Shown: positions 63,005 through 64,000 of the stretch, one piece after another
Layout of the letters: each line of letters opens with the position of its first letter
Numbering within the stretch: the first letter of the stretch is position 1
Source of the DNA: Paragordius varius
Lineage: Eukaryota > Animalia > Nematomorpha
Direction of reading: 5' to 3'
Length of the DNA stretch: 64,000 bases
Assembly: GCA_964247055.1 (NCBI GenBank)
Contig: OZ176057.1
Coordinates: 3,224,001-3,288,000, forward strand
Position numbers and translations under genes: made by a program
The notes under the pieces: generated by a model
The model's database searches: none
The model's input: the letters and a program-made list of their open reading frames with translations, nothing else
What the model was told of the DNA's origin: nothing

Positions 63005-63790
63005 TGGAAAAACGTTTGGATAGATTGGGAAAATATTTGGTTAGAATGGGAAAATTATGTTTGTTTCGATTAATGAGTAATATATATTTGGATTGAGTGG
63101 TATTATGATTGCTTATGATAAGTGCTTAATTAACAATGGTAAAAGTTTTGATTGGATGGGCTATTTGATTTGATTCGGTTGGGCAAATATTTAGTCTGAA
63201 TAGGAAAATGTTTGATATGGAAAAAAATATTAGTAAGCAAGAAATATGTTTGAATAGATGAGAATTTTTGATTTCATTTGATAGATGGTTAATTAAGAAT
63301 GATAAATGACTTGATTGAATGAGAAATATGTTTTGATTCAGTGAAATATTTGGATCGATTAAGCAATATGATTAATCTGAATACAAAATATGTTTTATAA
63401 GAATGGGGAAATGTTTGAACATTGCTCAAAATTGAATTAGTTGTTATGGTTCTTTTCTTAAAATTATAAATAAAGTAGTAAAGGCTGTTATTTTTTTGGA
63501 CTATAATTTTTAAATCAAGTCGAAAATTATTTGGATTGAGTAAAACAATGGTTAGTGGGATCGTGTTTAATTGAGTTTCGTAGAATAAGAAAATGTTTTG
63601 ATGAATAAAAAATAGTTGGATAAAGTAAAAATGTTATTGCAAATGTGTTCAACCGAAAATTGTTTTTTATAAAACAGATGGTTGTTTTAATTTAAAAATA
63701 TATTATATGAATGGAAAACATTTCATAAAAGGAGGTATTATTTATTGATTAGAATGTAAAAATGTGATTAAGTAAGAAAAATATCTGATT
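63005..63790. repeat. Degenerate tandem/low-complexity repeat tract (GAAAATAT(G)TTTGATT-like units)
   Basis: Recurrent variants of AAAATATGTTTGAT/GGAT with strong strand asymmetry. The period is not cleanly defined. Confidence 0.5.
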
Positions 63791-64000
63791 AGAATAATGA
63801 TTTGATCGAGAAAATCATATATAAAATCATATTTTTTTGAAATCTGTTTTTATTAAAATTGAAGTTAGCTGAATTGAAATTGGTTTTTATTTTTGTTTTC
63901 CAATTGTTAGCGTCGCGTCTTCTATATTTTTGGTGCCGCAATGAAATTGTCTTACTTCTAGTACTGAGCCAGCTTTTCAAGGACACCCCGTCCTAGATTT

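Noticed and set aside
63789-64000. Minus-strand ORF at the window end
   Set aside because: It is too short and truncated to assign, has no convincing motif, and is probably a TE fragment within an NPL4 intron.

Overview
Very AT-rich eukaryotic genomic DNA using the standard code. It is almost certainly from an animal (class A GPCR, Jupiter/HN1-like, sushi-domain and APMAP-like genes), but the taxon cannot be determined from sequence alone. I reconstructed these genes by hand: a tandem pair of intronless class A GPCR copies (the second frameshifted by a 7-bp deletion), a 5-exon Jupiter/HN1-like gene, an 8-exon COP9 signalosome subunit 6, a secreted sushi plus pacifastin-like Cys-rich protein, an intronless 360-aa orphan ORF, an unidentified minus-strand spliced gene, an 8-exon APMAP/strictosidine-synthase-like gene, and the 5' part of NPL4. 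The rest is dense with transposon relics: hAT (including a full-length Buster/Charlie-type relic with TSD), mariner, an inverted Penelope-like pair, a piggyBac-like MITE family, a TA-flanked MITE family, and (TA)n microsatellites. The top signal is the splicing system. Seven frame-required GT-AG introns of only 22-28 nt coexist in the same genes with 62-93 nt and kb-long TE-filled introns, and none of the 29 modelled donors matches GTRAG. The second signal is that the GPCR duplication unit is bounded by hAT-type ends flanked by an identical 8-mer, suggesting gene carriage by a composite transposon. All protein identifications rest on recalled family motifs, not database searches.
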